Notes under the pieces: model-generated
What the model saw: only the letters and a program-made list of their open reading frames with translations
Told to the model about the DNA's origin: nothing
Database searches by the model: none
In this document: positions 50,401 to 60,947 of the stretch, piece by piece
Numbering within the stretch: position 1 is the stretch's first letter
Layout: every line of letters starts with the position of its first letter
Program-made: the position numbers and the translations under genes
Source of the DNA: Paramoeba atlantica
Lineage: Eukaryota; Protista; Discosea
Length of the DNA stretch: 64,000 bases
Assembly: GCA_977017575.1 (NCBI GenBank)
Contig: CDRNVI010000053.1
Location: forward strand, 434,001 to 498,000
Reading direction: 5' to 3'

Positions 50401-53400
50401 TAAATCAAATGCTTCGCCTAGTCATGGATACTCATCTGGCGGATTATATGACGGCCCGCAACAACGCATCTTTAACTTACAAAGACATGAATCATACCCA
50501 AAACTATGGTATTATTCGCGGTTTACAATTCGCTCCTTTTTTAATCCAATTTTGGGGTCTTGCCATTGATCTTACGATCCTTGGCCTCGCACGAGCTGCA
50601 GAGCTGTGTGATGGGCGTGATAGTCCATCTCACGCTATGAATTCCCGTACAGCATCCGATTTTCAGGCCCATCACATAAAAATGTATCTGAGGTATTTGG
50701 ATAAGGTTCATATACTTTATCGCTTTTCTCAACGGCATGCTTCTGATCTGATTGCCAAATTTCGACCCAAGTTGTCAGGAACTTCCGATTTGGGTAGAGA
50801 GATAAACTCTTATAAAATACATCAACATTGGCCCAAAGATATGCGTATGCGTCTGCTTAGTCACGATGTATGCCTTGGTCGTTCGACATTCGATTTTGTG
50901 AAAAAACGAATTCCGGTTTCTCTTGCATCTATCACATTGGAAAACACGTATATTTCGGTCTACTCTCGGGACAACCCCCAGCTTCAATTCTCTATGAATG
51001 GCTTCGAGGTATGCATTCGCCCTCGTGCGCGCATGCTTGACCCAGCGATCGTTCCTGAGGATCAAAATATTTGGTCCCTAATAGATCATATCTCAAAGGC
51101 TGCCACCGCGTTTGCGTATCTCCGAGTAGCGGAAGAAGAAGTAAAGCAGTTGGAAATTCGTCTTCGTTTAGTGCTACTAAACAGTGGACAAACTCCGTTT
51201 AAGAAACTGGTTGAAAAATGGAATACACAGCTAGCCGCTTTTGTTGCCTACTATCGAGAAGCAATTTATGGTACTCCAAGCGTCCTTCCGGTTTTACTAA
51301 AAGGGGAAACCAGAATACAAAATAGAATTAAAGTGCAACTTAACTCAAAGATGGCAAAACGTTTTCCCCCTGTTGTGTTCTATGCCCCCACGGATTTGTG
51401 GGGATTGGGTATGTTATCCGTTGGTCATTCCTTAATTCCACAAACCGACCTTAGGTATGGGAAGCAAAGTTTATCTGATACTACTCACTTTCTATCTGGG
51501 TTATCTCACGATGTAGGAGTGGAAATTCCGAACGTTTTGAGATACATAACACCGTGGCAAGAGGAGATGAACGAATCTGCGCGAGTGTGGAGAGAGTATC
51601 GCCTTAAAAGCGAAGACGCAACGCGGAATAATAGAAGGATTGTTTTGGAAGACATAAACGAAATGAGAGGACTTGGTGTCCCAAGAATTGCAACTGCATT
51701 TCAGGCTGATAAGCAAACGCTTCTGTATGATGTCGGGTGGCGCGTTCGACAGGAGTTTAAGGTTCACAACGTACAGCGACCACAACCTTTTTGGTACATG
51801 AATGTAAGACATGATGGCAAACTTTTCAATTTTGATAAATACAAGGCTGACGTCGTACAAACCTTTGGAGGGATTGAATCCATACTTTCTCATTCTATAT
51901 TTGGGGCGACAGGATACGAGGCCTGGGAAGGACTCGACTGGAACCGCATAAGCAAGTTTGAAGAAAACATGAAAGGAAAAAAGATTTCGCATGCACAGCG
52001 CGGGGGTTTAAGCAAGATTCCCAATCAACGTTTCGCGTTATGGTGGTCACCCACCCTGAATCGATCTTCGGTGTATATGGGGTTTTTAACGCAGATCGAC
52101 TTGACCGGAATCATGATGCACGCTAAATTACCGTTAGTCAAGGCGTCCTTGGTTCAGATTTTTCAAAATCATCTTTGGCAAAAAATTCATGAAGGGATTG
52201 TTGTCGATATATGCAAAGTCTTGGAAACAAGACTTAGCAAGCTTGGTATTCAATCGTTACAAAAGTGTCACACTGCTCCCCGAAAGAGCTTTCGAATGTC
52301 CAGTGGAAGTGCGGACATTACAATGTTGGCGACAGGGCGCTGGTCTCTCTCAAGGCCTTCTCTTCTCTCCGAGTCAGGGGATAAATTTTCGTTCACATCC
52401 GCAAAAAACTATTGGATCGATGTTCAAATTCGTTGGGGAGATTACGATTCCCATGATGCTGAGAAATACGCCCGTTCGAAATTTCTATCTTACACAACTA
52501 ACCGTGGAGAACAAATGTATCCTTGCCCAACAGGGGTAATGGTCGTCTTTGATTTAGCATATAACGTACATTCAGCTTATGGTTACTGGATACCTGGTCT
52601 GAAATCATTTCTTGAAGATGCGCTACAAAAGATACAGCTGTACAACACGGAACTTTATAGACTCCGAAGTAATCTTAATGCCAAACTACAACTTGCACCA
52701 CGAGAAAAGTCTGAGCCACCATTGTCCATACAGAATTGTGATGATTTGTTTTCTGGAAAAGCAGCTTGGATTGTCGATGGTTCATGTGCACATCTTGCTA
52801 TTCCTCAAAGGACTTTCGAAGGAAATCTCACTACGAAAGCCATCAACGGAGCAGTTCTTGTTATAAATCCGAAGAGTGGACAACTCTTTCTGCTTGTTGT
52901 ACATGCTGATACCTGGAAAGGACAACGTCGTTTGAGTAATTTGGCCAAGTTGAAAGTCGCAGAAAGCGTTGCCGCCCTCGTTCGTTCACTTCCAAAAGAT
53001 GAATATCCCAAGAGCATCATCAGCATGCAGAGGCATAGTTTAGAGGTCCTAAATGGAACTCTTTCTGGTCTTACAAATACTGTAATTAAAGGTTCAAATT
53101 TACTTGTTCCCTTCAGAGCTTTACTAAAGGTTCCGAAGATACATGAAATTGTTTCTACGGCTGCTAAGTCGCAGTCCCATATAATTGGCTTGTACGATGA
53201 TTGGCTTGATACTATTAGTCCATTAACCGCCTTCTTTCGCCTCCTCATTCTCCTTCGTGCTTTGAATGTGAACGAGAGTCGATGTCGCACTATTCTCCGT
53301 TCCGTAGCAAGATCCAACCCCTCTTCTCACCACATGTGGCCGAAACTGGAGGCTGGCGAGTGGCTACATGTTGAAACTTCTTTAAAAGATCTCATTGTTG

Positions 53401-54452
53401 CAGATTATTGCAAACGAAACGCAGTAGATGTATCTCGTATAACACCCACAGAGATTCGTGATATTTTGCTTGGGCAAGAAATTGCATCGCTCTCAGTTCA
53501 ACAAGCTCGAAGTGAACTTATTGATCGAGCAAAACAGACCATACAAACGGACGCTATTAGAAAGTCGGGAAAAATAAAAGAATCACGAAAGGGTAACACA
53601 AAGTCATTCGTACCTCGTAGCCATCATAGTAAAACGGAATGGAGACAACGTGCTCTTGCTACGCGTGCCAGGCCTGAAGTAAGTGAAGTTGACACGCTTT
53701 CTCCGAAGCATGTGCAGTCACGTGAAAGCGTAATTTTGCCTAGCAACATTCTTTATATGGTTTCACGTTGTTCAGACGTGTACAATAAAGTGGTCGTTCT
53801 GCTTTATGGTAGGAAACTTGAAGCGCAGTGCCAAGTAATATGCGCAGTTTTTCCCGCTCAAATTGGTACACATGAAAATGTTACGTTCTCCTACCGACAG
53901 TCTGAACACCCATTGCTCAATTCCTTAACACTTATTGGCGTCCTCACAACTTGTTTCGAACTTGAATATAAACCAACGAACTCAGATTTGATAATGATGA
54001 CTAACGTAGCGAAAGATAATTATTCGGATGCTCATGACTTGTTTTACATAACTGTGTTTCTACACGGAGGCAAGGCAACTTTGGCAACATATCGCACTTC
54101 CTCCAGTGGGAACGAAGTAATCAAAAATTTGTCAGGCAACCCAAATGAAGATTCCTCTACTACTGAGCTATTAGAAAATGCTTTCGCACAGTGTGAAATA
54201 CAGCTTGGACAAGAATCATCCGGCTTTTATTTGGTTCCAGAAGACGGAATATGGAATTATAGCTTTCTGGGCGTTTCACCACCGCAGTATCCGAGCACTC
54301 TTATAGTAGATGCACCCCATGATTATCATAATCCATATCACAGAAAAGAGCACTTTATTCGATCAAACGTTGAAACGACAACTTATTCTTCTCCTGTTCA
54401 AGAAGTTGATTCCCATTTTATTGCAGATCTTGGAGATGATATGGCATGGTAG
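47469..54452 (+). CDS. PRP8: Pre-mRNA splicing factor Prp8 (divergent, intronless)
   Basis: GKLTGLYRYKY, RFNTGPVGKGPG, RFPPVVFYAP, LWWSPTLNR, HLWQKIHE, TFEGNLTTK, LYDDWL and a C-terminal Jab1/MPN-like region. ATG at 47469. Confidence 0.97.
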   Translation: MNAPFNNAALERMEHDWINANKRKYCPDHTSKVHSTARDALPVEYLRKLVRDNCDLTGKKNREERALHVSALRYLPQAIMKLWENIPMPWETVREATVAFHTTGALTIITETPKVLSSVFKAQWGAMWTRMRKEKSIRVHFLRAQVTPVFDDEEPPVDYGDVVLDLPEQDSVPFDLDETENEKAMELLLATTNLSGNEGVIIPIQTQLTFFRQCRILAGEVGDSNYFYLFATDTFLTGKALGVAIPGAPRFQPLYHDAHDEEEWTEFNDLNKAVIRQPLRTEHQLAFPHLYNSRPRNVSISSYHFPLMMYLRCVDPELDAFSYDPCVCPVPYSKTIHDCDRDGGFHEINNMPLDFMPFFSNLPLCTTSTAPAVELFWTNLTSRREFPLCRTEIQLVNSWSKERSLDSLPAKVRISYQKILKQHTHNSMVKRKKDFGICEKQDNPHQVSLRSSKQSLGDFLLESRNFISSRVDWLEAGLQLCRQAHNMLTLLLQRRNMDFLHLDYNFHLKPVKALTTRQRKRSRLGPAFHLPREIMGLTKSMLDLHVKHRLGELDAFQLADALQYLFTHVGKLTGLYRYKYRIMRQIKWAKDIKHILYYRFNTGPVGKGPGMGFWVPVWQMWLSFFRGIVPVVQRYISNMLSREFEGRNVKGNAKKVTKQRSEANYDRELRQTITQEVADMIPPGMREKKIKLVLQHFSEAWRRRKSNQPWRVLGLSPNIEALILRFVKRKEEWWAMSAQQNRMRVISGQAVDKASVRKNHGRLVRLQLKTEQERQKDWISNGPYLSTNDFTGIYTLMAKWLASQKFQPIPFPPVNYKHDMKILRLALDKLKENHGAPGSRTTSTAKTEQLKIEEAFNNPQSTINGIKKRLMQMRSFKDMTIEYVDFFTHMLPVYDIEPDEKIMDAYLTQYLFYESSRRGLFPSWIKPSDDLPNPARLYNWCQSINNVPGVWETSRGESTIYVETKIEHLSDKVEHTLLNQMLRLVMDTHLADYMTARNNASLTYKDMNHTQNYGIIRGLQFAPFLIQFWGLAIDLTILGLARAAELCDGRDSPSHAMNSRTASDFQAHHIKMYLRYLDKVHILYRFSQRHASDLIAKFRPKLSGTSDLGREINSYKIHQHWPKDMRMRLLSHDVCLGRSTFDFVKKRIPVSLASITLENTYISVYSRDNPQLQFSMNGFEVCIRPRARMLDPAIVPEDQNIWSLIDHISKAATAFAYLRVAEEEVKQLEIRLRLVLLNSGQTPFKKLVEKWNTQLAAFVAYYREAIYGTPSVLPVLLKGETRIQNRIKVQLNSKMAKRFPPVVFYAPTDLWGLGMLSVGHSLIPQTDLRYGKQSLSDTTHFLSGLSHDVGVEIPNVLRYITPWQEEMNESARVWREYRLKSEDATRNNRRIVLEDINEMRGLGVPRIATAFQADKQTLLYDVGWRVRQEFKVHNVQRPQPFWYMNVRHDGKLFNFDKYKADVVQTFGGIESILSHSIFGATGYEAWEGLDWNRISKFEENMKGKKISHAQRGGLSKIPNQRFALWWSPTLNRSSVYMGFLTQIDLTGIMMHAKLPLVKASLVQIFQNHLWQKIHEGIVVDICKVLETRLSKLGIQSLQKCHTAPRKSFRMSSGSADITMLATGRWSLSRPSLLSESGDKFSFTSAKNYWIDVQIRWGDYDSHDAEKYARSKFLSYTTNRGEQMYPCPTGVMVVFDLAYNVHSAYGYWIPGLKSFLEDALQKIQLYNTELYRLRSNLNAKLQLAPREKSEPPLSIQNCDDLFSGKAAWIVDGSCAHLAIPQRTFEGNLTTKAINGAVLVINPKSGQLFLLVVHADTWKGQRRLSNLAKLKVAESVAALVRSLPKDEYPKSIISMQRHSLEVLNGTLSGLTNTVIKGSNLLVPFRALLKVPKIHEIVSTAAKSQSHIIGLYDDWLDTISPLTAFFRLLILLRALNVNESRCRTILRSVARSNPSSHHMWPKLEAGEWLHVETSLKDLIVADYCKRNAVDVSRITPTEIRDILLGQEIASLSVQQARSELIDRAKQTIQTDAIRKSGKIKESRKGNTKSFVPRSHHSKTEWRQRALATRARPEVSEVDTLSPKHVQSRESVILPSNILYMVSRCSDVYNKVVVLLYGRKLEAQCQVICAVFPAQIGTHENVTFSYRQSEHPLLNSLTLIGVLTTCFELEYKPTNSDLIMMTNVAKDNYSDAHDLFYITVFLHGGKATLATYRTSSSGNEVIKNLSGNPNEDSSTTELLENAFAQCEIQLGQESSGFYLVPEDGIWNYSFLGVSPPQYPSTLIVDAPHDYHNPYHRKEHFIRSNVETTTYSSPVQEVDSHFIADLGDDMAW

Positions 54453-55036
54453 CATGTTCTGATTCCGGAAAAAGTGTATCATAGGTGTCTGCATTACACC
54501 GTGGTATTGTTTTCCGCTGCGTGTAGAGCACGTACGTTTTATGAGCAAAGTGGGGATATGCACCCTCACAAAATTTTGAACAATTCGATTATTTATACTG
54601 GTATCCCTTCTTGTGATATAGAATCTCACAAGAAGATATAAATGGGATTTCCATGTTGCAGACAATTTTTATTACGGCTTTATTATTTTTGTAAACAGCG
54701 CAGTATATTTTGATGCGATTCTGTATATCAATTAAACGCTTTGATTGTGTGAACTGAGTGGGCAACTCGTACGTATCGTAGGAATTTCATTTTACACACT
54801 TCCATATAGTAGTTGAACTATTATACAGGAACCAAGTTCCTGTGTCACGAAATAGTATTCCTGGAATGAAGAGGTCATGTACACCTCTATTATGGCATAG
54901 TAACTACCTCATGCAAAGCGCTTCATTGTTTCTTCTAGTGTTCTAGTTTTGTGGTTCTTTTAACAATATGATGTTAATATTGTACTATCAAGTAATTTGT
55001 GTGTACGATTTTGTTTCTCACAAATTCTCCTTATTT

Positions 55037-57208
55037 ATGACTTCATCTGACGCAGGTATTTACGATGAATCAAGTGAGATCGCCTCTTTGCCTGCGAGAT
55101 TTATCATTAAGTCCAAGAGAAGAGGACAATCCATATCTTGCAAGCGTCACGTTTTAGTCAAGCCTGAAGGGGGCGGACCTTTACATGCGCTTTTACGTGG
55201 CGCAAGGAAGGGGGAAACACTCCAGATAGATACTTTACCGGAATGCTTCTTACAGGAATCTTCGTCACCCGATTGTTCCAATGAAGGTGTGGATGCAGAA
55301 AATAAAGCATTCGAAGTGGAAGTCTGCGATAGGTTTACGCAGTATGACGTAAGTGCAGGTAATAGCGATTTTTTCGTTAAAGAAATATTATCGTCCAGCA
55401 AAGACGTTGATTTATTTACCCCAGATTTTGAAAGTAAGGTAGCCGTGGACATTAATGAGGTGATAGATCTCGATTCCTTTTTTCAGCAATTAAGCGAGCA
55501 CGAAAACAATTTTCAAGAAGTGGAGATTGGAGATGGACGACTTTCACGGCACTTTGAAGACGCAATTTGCTCAATGAAATCAAACGAAGTGGCTTTATTT
55601 ATGTTTCCTTCTTTGCTTTCCGATGCAAAAGAAAATTCGCAACCTCCATCCGAAAAATACTACCGCTTTGAGCTTCGTTCTCATTCAAGAGTGTGTGCCT
55701 TACATTTAGATGATGCAGAAAATATTAGGCACGCTGAGCAAAGAAAAATTGAAGGCAATACTTTATTGAAGAAAGATAATTTGCCTTTGGCTGAGAAAAA
55801 ATATCTCCGAGGCCTTGAATTTGTCGCTCAAATAGGCAAAAAAGGTTTAAATTTCTTGTTGAAGAAACTTTCTACCACAATATCTTTGTATAATAATCTT
55901 TCTTTGGTCTACCTGCGTCAACATAATTGGCACAAAGTAGTCGATGCCAGTTCAAAATCAATAGCTCTAAATTCCAAACCGAACGAAAACACCAAGGCAT
56001 ACCTCCGAAGAGGGGTCGCATACCGTTTTCTTATAGAATTCACCAACTCTAGACGGGACTTCGAAATGATTCTTTCATGTGATCCGAATGACACCGAGGC
56101 ATTGCATCAAATGAAGACTTTACAGGAAACGTTGCACAATCATGAGACGTATGAGAAGCGTGTATATCGAAAAGCCTTTGCGAAAGGCTTTGATTACGAC
56201 GATGTACGCTATCAAGGATATGTCTGCTCTTGGAGTAGATCAAAGGGTTGTGGAAGAATTCGTCACGTTGAGACTAAAAACGAGTATTTTGTACATTTTA
56301 CTGATGTACGTACCTGCCGTGATCCCGCTCAGCTCTATGTCGGCGAGCGGCTGGAATTTCAACCAATAAAAACAGAAGAAAGACTGAGAGCAGGAGATGT
56401 CACGTTGCCTGGTGGTATTCGAATTCCGAAAGTAGAGGAATTTTCCAAAGAGATGGATCCGCAGAAACAAGTGGAACAGAGCATCAAGAAAGCCCTTTGG
56501 GAAGCTGAGCTCGAAAAGAATACTTCAGAATTTGGCCTGGGGTCGGTTTCCTCCGAATCAAATAGACACTTTACATATGGAACATGCAAAGAGTGGAACC
56601 TAGATCGAGGATTTGGTGTTATCACTAATGATAAAATTGAATCTACAGAGTATTTCGTTCATTGTAGAGATATTTTGAGTTGTCTAAAACCTCGTAAGGC
56701 TTTATTTGTTGGCGAAAAGGTGCGTTTTGAAGTAGACGAAACGGAAATTGGACGACGCCGAAAACGTGCCATTCGGGTTACTTCGCCTAATGGGCAAGAA
56801 TGTAGCGGTATCGAATGTCTTTCACAAGAAGAGCAAGAAAGATCGATTCAAGGAGGACGAAAACTCCAGAAGCCTTCTCGATCGAATGAAGAAACAGGTC
56901 TACTACAGCGAAGACATACGGGAAAGTGTATAAAATGGATTTACGAACGGGGCTTCGGTTTCGTAGAGTCGTACGACACTGAAGTGGAGTATTTTGTGCA
57001 CGCAACTTGCTTGGAAAAATGCAATGGAAAAATCAAAGCTTTGCGCATAGACGAAGAAGTTGAATTTGATGTAGAAACAAAAAATGGAAGACAGCGCGCC
57101 ACAGCCGTAACCGCCATTGGGGGATCTCCTGTTTCAGGATTACAAGAAATTCCAGATGCAGATGCTCCTATGGAAGCTAAAATTGTTCAAAATGAAAGTA
57201 TTGAGTGA
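55037..57208 (+). CDS. FKBP-like/TPR co-chaperone fused to three cold-shock domains
   Basis: FEDAICSMKSNEVALF (degenerate FKBP); TPR RKIEGN/YNNLS/KAYLRRG; three CSDs with RNP1/RNP2-like motifs (KGCGRI..YFVHF, RGFGVI..YFVHC, RGFGFV..YFVHA). Confidence 0.85.
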   Translation: MTSSDAGIYDESSEIASLPARFIIKSKRRGQSISCKRHVLVKPEGGGPLHALLRGARKGETLQIDTLPECFLQESSSPDCSNEGVDAENKAFEVEVCDRFTQYDVSAGNSDFFVKEILSSSKDVDLFTPDFESKVAVDINEVIDLDSFFQQLSEHENNFQEVEIGDGRLSRHFEDAICSMKSNEVALFMFPSLLSDAKENSQPPSEKYYRFELRSHSRVCALHLDDAENIRHAEQRKIEGNTLLKKDNLPLAEKKYLRGLEFVAQIGKKGLNFLLKKLSTTISLYNNLSLVYLRQHNWHKVVDASSKSIALNSKPNENTKAYLRRGVAYRFLIEFTNSRRDFEMILSCDPNDTEALHQMKTLQETLHNHETYEKRVYRKAFAKGFDYDDVRYQGYVCSWSRSKGCGRIRHVETKNEYFVHFTDVRTCRDPAQLYVGERLEFQPIKTEERLRAGDVTLPGGIRIPKVEEFSKEMDPQKQVEQSIKKALWEAELEKNTSEFGLGSVSSESNRHFTYGTCKEWNLDRGFGVITNDKIESTEYFVHCRDILSCLKPRKALFVGEKVRFEVDETEIGRRRKRAIRVTSPNGQECSGIECLSQEEQERSIQGGRKLQKPSRSNEETGLLQRRHTGKCIKWIYERGFGFVESYDTEVEYFVHATCLEKCNGKIKALRIDEEVEFDVETKNGRQRATAVTAIGGSPVSGLQEIPDADAPMEAKIVQNESIE

Positions 57209-57544
57209 AAGTCTACTTTTAATCTTTTTATTCTGTACTTTCTTAGATATCTTTTTTCAACACGTACAATACTATAACTCTTCTTCTGCAATGCGTGTAT
57301 TATAGTTCTATCTATTCTTGTTTGTAGTTTCGTTTTCTCCTAATATTTGTTTTCTGCTACGTGAATTTCTTTTCAAAAATACGACACACGTATCATGCAG
57401 TGTGCAGCTCAGACGTTATCTCTCCTTTTGCTCTTAGCAATCACTGGAAATTAATGTATCCATAACTCCAGTAAGATACAGTAAGCATAAAATACGAATT
57501 TGTACAAATAATACATATCCCTCCTTTTCTGTTTTTGAACTGTC

Positions 57545-58801
57545 ATGCCCGAATTTGACAGTAGCACAGACGATTATGATGAAAACATAAACTACGGCGA
57601 TGCGAAGGATGAGACTATTCCTAAAATTGGAGTTCAGATGGACTTAGCACAAAGTGAGGGACATGTTCAAAAGACATTACTTGAAATTGGTGAAGGCAAG
57701 GCAATTGGATCTTCACGCGCCGTAGTTCGACTCCTGTACAGTGCACAAGATGCAGATTCATGCTGTGAGTCAGAGTTTGAAGGTTTTTCCGACTACAATA
57801 AACCACTCTCGGTTGAGTTGTGGAAGGACGAGGAGTCAGATTTTCCTAGGGGTTTTACCATGGCCCTTCGAAGCATGAAGAAGAAGGAAAAGGCCGCGTT
57901 TCTTGTATCCCCGAAATACGCTTATGGGGACAAAGGTTACAAATCTCTCCCCTCTGGTCACAGAGTTAAATATGAGATTGAAATTGTTTCATGGGCTCCG
58001 ATTGAAGACGTCAGTAAGGAGCGCGACAACTCAGTTATTAAGCAACAAATCGAAGAAGGCGATACTACCTCCTACTATACTCCGGAATATGAAACTCTAG
58101 TCACGGTAGATATTCTTGGGCATAAAGGCAAAGACAAAGTAATGGATAAACAAAACATTTCAATTCAAATCGGTAATGAAGAATTGTCGGACAATTTAGA
58201 ACGAGCTATTTCTCGCATGAAGAAAGGAGAAAGATCTGAAGTAACGATCAGCGACGTGACAGGCCCTGTAGAAGTATATGAAATCAAGCTGCACAACTTT
58301 AAACGAGTTGATCCATGGGCGGCGAAAGGACCAGAAAAAACAGAGGAGGCAAGACAGCGCAAAGACGATGGCAATAAACTTTGGAGGGAAAACAAACTTG
58401 TGAGAGCAGCACAGAAATATAAACGAGGGCTTGAGTTTCTCACCAGTGAATATGGGTTAAACGATGCAGAACTTTCTGCATTCAAAGATCTCAAGGTTCA
58501 GCTGCACAATAATTACGCACTGGTTTGTGAGAAACAATATCTGTGGAAAGAAGTTGTCGAACACTGTACGGGTTCATTGCAACAATGTAATGATGCGCAG
58601 ATTAACACCAAAGCTTATTTAAGACGAGGTGTTGCGAATCGTCACCTTGGGAATTTTTGCGATGCACATCGCGATCTTGAGAAAATCCGTGGTTCAAAAA
58701 GCGCGGCGAGCAATGTCAACGCAGAGCTTCAGATCCTGAATGCGCTGGAAAAGGCACAATACGAAAAAGAAAAAGTTCTCTACGGAAGAATGTTTATGTA
58801 G
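57545..58801 (+). CDS. FKBP-type peptidyl-prolyl isomerase with TPR domain (FKBP52/ROF1-like)
   Basis: MKKKEKAAFLVSPKYAYG, LERAISRMKKGE, RKDDGN, KAYLRRG and terminal EKVLYGRMF. Confidence 0.88.
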   Translation: MPEFDSSTDDYDENINYGDAKDETIPKIGVQMDLAQSEGHVQKTLLEIGEGKAIGSSRAVVRLLYSAQDADSCCESEFEGFSDYNKPLSVELWKDEESDFPRGFTMALRSMKKKEKAAFLVSPKYAYGDKGYKSLPSGHRVKYEIEIVSWAPIEDVSKERDNSVIKQQIEEGDTTSYYTPEYETLVTVDILGHKGKDKVMDKQNISIQIGNEELSDNLERAISRMKKGERSEVTISDVTGPVEVYEIKLHNFKRVDPWAAKGPEKTEEARQRKDDGNKLWRENKLVRAAQKYKRGLEFLTSEYGLNDAELSAFKDLKVQLHNNYALVCEKQYLWKEVVEHCTGSLQQCNDAQINTKAYLRRGVANRHLGNFCDAHRDLEKIRGSKSAASNVNAELQILNALEKAQYEKEKVLYGRMFM

Positions 58802-59354
58802 GTTTTGTCCGTAAATACTGCAAAATCATATTCCACTACAATGTGACTGCAAAGATACTACATTGTAAGGATAGAGCTGATTATTTGCATTCTGTTGCGA
58901 GTTTTTTTCTAGGTTCTAAACGGTCGTCAAATTCTACAAGATTTGGCCAGAGCATATCAACGCATTAAAGGTATTATTCGATCTAAATGCTTCTAAGCAT
59001 TTATTTGTTTCATTGTTCAGTTCAATGTCCAGGGTGATATGAGATAAAAAATCTTACGCTGTATATGCATGCAGGTACAAATGCATCATGTATAAATGTA
59101 TTTATAAGCTTGTGTGACGCATACAAATAATACAGTAGGAAGTAGTCCATGTACGTTTGTCCATATAGTACATGGATGTATATGGATAAATGCGAGCATG
59201 TTATACTCGAAATTCTGGCCATGTGTATGACCGCAATGGTGTACTTCTAACATGTGTTCTAACATGCACCCTTCTAGCACGTGTTCTATATACATCCTAC
59301 ATCTGCATTAATGTACTTATGTATGCGTGTACCTACGCGGTCCAATAGTGTTGC

Positions 59355-60947
59355 ATGAACTTCATACTACTTTGTTGTAACGCTTTTGCGTACGTCGAAA
59401 TACACTGCGTACACAGCCATGATTCGGTACTGCGACCAAGATGTTTTCCTCTAGCGTATAATCAAACGGATGAGTCGTGCGTTCCATGCTCATCGAATGA
59501 CAGTTGTGTAAGATATTTTCTTATGTGTGAAGCAGGGAGGTGTGTTCCTACGATACCAATGGCGCAATATGTGAGCAGTTCGTGGATGATTCTGATGCTC
59601 TTGCTTTTTTTGCTTTGCATAAGTTCTGAAATTCATAAATTTCCTTTGGAATATACCTCACTAGCATGCTTCTTATTTGTTGGTTATCCACTTTGTAATG
59701 CTGTCTCATTGATGTTGTGTCTTCTTTTGGGACGAGCTTCTTACGTACTTATCAATTTATGGAGAATCAACAGACAGTGTCTCCAAGATACAAAGCCCAT
59801 TCTTTCTTGGGATGTTGCCTTGCTTTTTTTACCAAGTCTTCTTTCATCGACTGCACTTGGTTGGTATCTTTCCCATGTATTGCCACATGGCATTCATTAT
59901 AGCTTCGTTGCTTTGGCCTCCCTCATTGTCAGCTGGAACCATTTGAAATCTGATTCGCGTCAAAGTATTAGTGATTACAATGCTACTACGTGCCATTACT
60001 CCGTCTACACGAATTATTCGCTGGAAGATGGAATCTCTAATAGTAGAAATAGTAATCAAACCACAGATACACAGGCAAGTGATGCAGAGCTAAGAACTCA
60101 CTGTAATAACGAATTATCGCATACGATACGCTTTTCACCCACCGCGGCACGAGCACCGAGTACGTGCATTTCACATCGCAAACATTTTTATAATAATTCA
60201 TCGGCGGAAGGAGAGAATCGGGGATTTCTTTTGGATGAAGGGATTCACCAAGAAATTCCTTGTTGTGAAAAGCATGACACACGGAGTCAAATTCCGTGTA
60301 TATGGGTGACTATGGGAGTTTACGGCGTCATATGCAGTGGATTCTTCTTTTTGACACTTTATCTTTCCCGCAAAGCACACTTGGTGACATGCGGGAGCTC
60401 AAAATACTGGAGCTTGACGTATTTGGGCTGGAATACATTGACAGTAATTTCTTTTCTTCTAGGAATGTGGTACTATCGAACTAGGCCGGCGAATTCGGGC
60501 TTGGTGTGGAATAGAAGCGCATGTTTCTACTATCCCACATTAGCTTCGTGTGTGGGAACCAACGTAATCTGTTTGGGCGTAGATCCCGGACGAATTGTTG
60601 ATCCCCTTCTTAGTGCAATGGGTTTTATGTTTGCCCCCAAAGGTACAGTTACCCTGTGCACTATCACTATTTTGAGTTTGAATCTCTGCTTCTTCATATT
60701 TAACGATGGTGCATCACCTACTCTAGCTATTTCCATTGTTCTCATTGGTTTTTGTGGGACTTGGTTACACAGAAAGCTTCCCCCAACAGCTTTTGTTGAA
60801 AGCATACAGCTTACTGTAACGCGAAAGTTAGGTTACATTTCTGTTATTGCCTCTTGCTTGTGGATCAGTCTAATGGGTATTTCTTTTGCAATTGAAGAGT
60901 GGCGTAAGAATTTTCTTTTTCAACTCCTACCTCTATGTGGACCTTAA
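59355..60947 (+). CDS. TauE/SafE-like (TSUP) membrane transporter with a small Cys-rich N-terminal domain
   Basis: PILSWDVALLFLPSLL resembles the eukaryotic TauE PLIDYDLALL motif; about 9-10 TMs in two blocks around a hydrophilic loop. Confidence 0.55.
   Translation: MNFILLCCNAFAYVEIHCVHSHDSVLRPRCFPLAYNQTDESCVPCSSNDSCVRYFLMCEAGRCVPTIPMAQYVSSSWMILMLLLFLLCISSEIHKFPLEYTSLACFLFVGYPLCNAVSLMLCLLLGRASYVLINLWRINRQCLQDTKPILSWDVALLFLPSLLSSTALGWYLSHVLPHGIHYSFVALASLIVSWNHLKSDSRQSISDYNATTCHYSVYTNYSLEDGISNSRNSNQTTDTQASDAELRTHCNNELSHTIRFSPTAARAPSTCISHRKHFYNNSSAEGENRGFLLDEGIHQEIPCCEKHDTRSQIPCIWVTMGVYGVICSGFFFLTLYLSRKAHLVTCGSSKYWSLTYLGWNTLTVISFLLGMWYYRTRPANSGLVWNRSACFYYPTLASCVGTNVICLGVDPGRIVDPLLSAMGFMFAPKGTVTLCTITILSLNLCFFIFNDGASPTLAISIVLIGFCGTWLHRKLPPTAFVESIQLTVTRKLGYISVIASCLWISLMGISFAIEEWRKNFLFQLLPLCGP

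Noticed and set aside
51925-51970. PRP8 intein insertion site
   Set aside because: The protein is collinear with canonical Prp8 through this region; there is no insertion or homing endonuclease.
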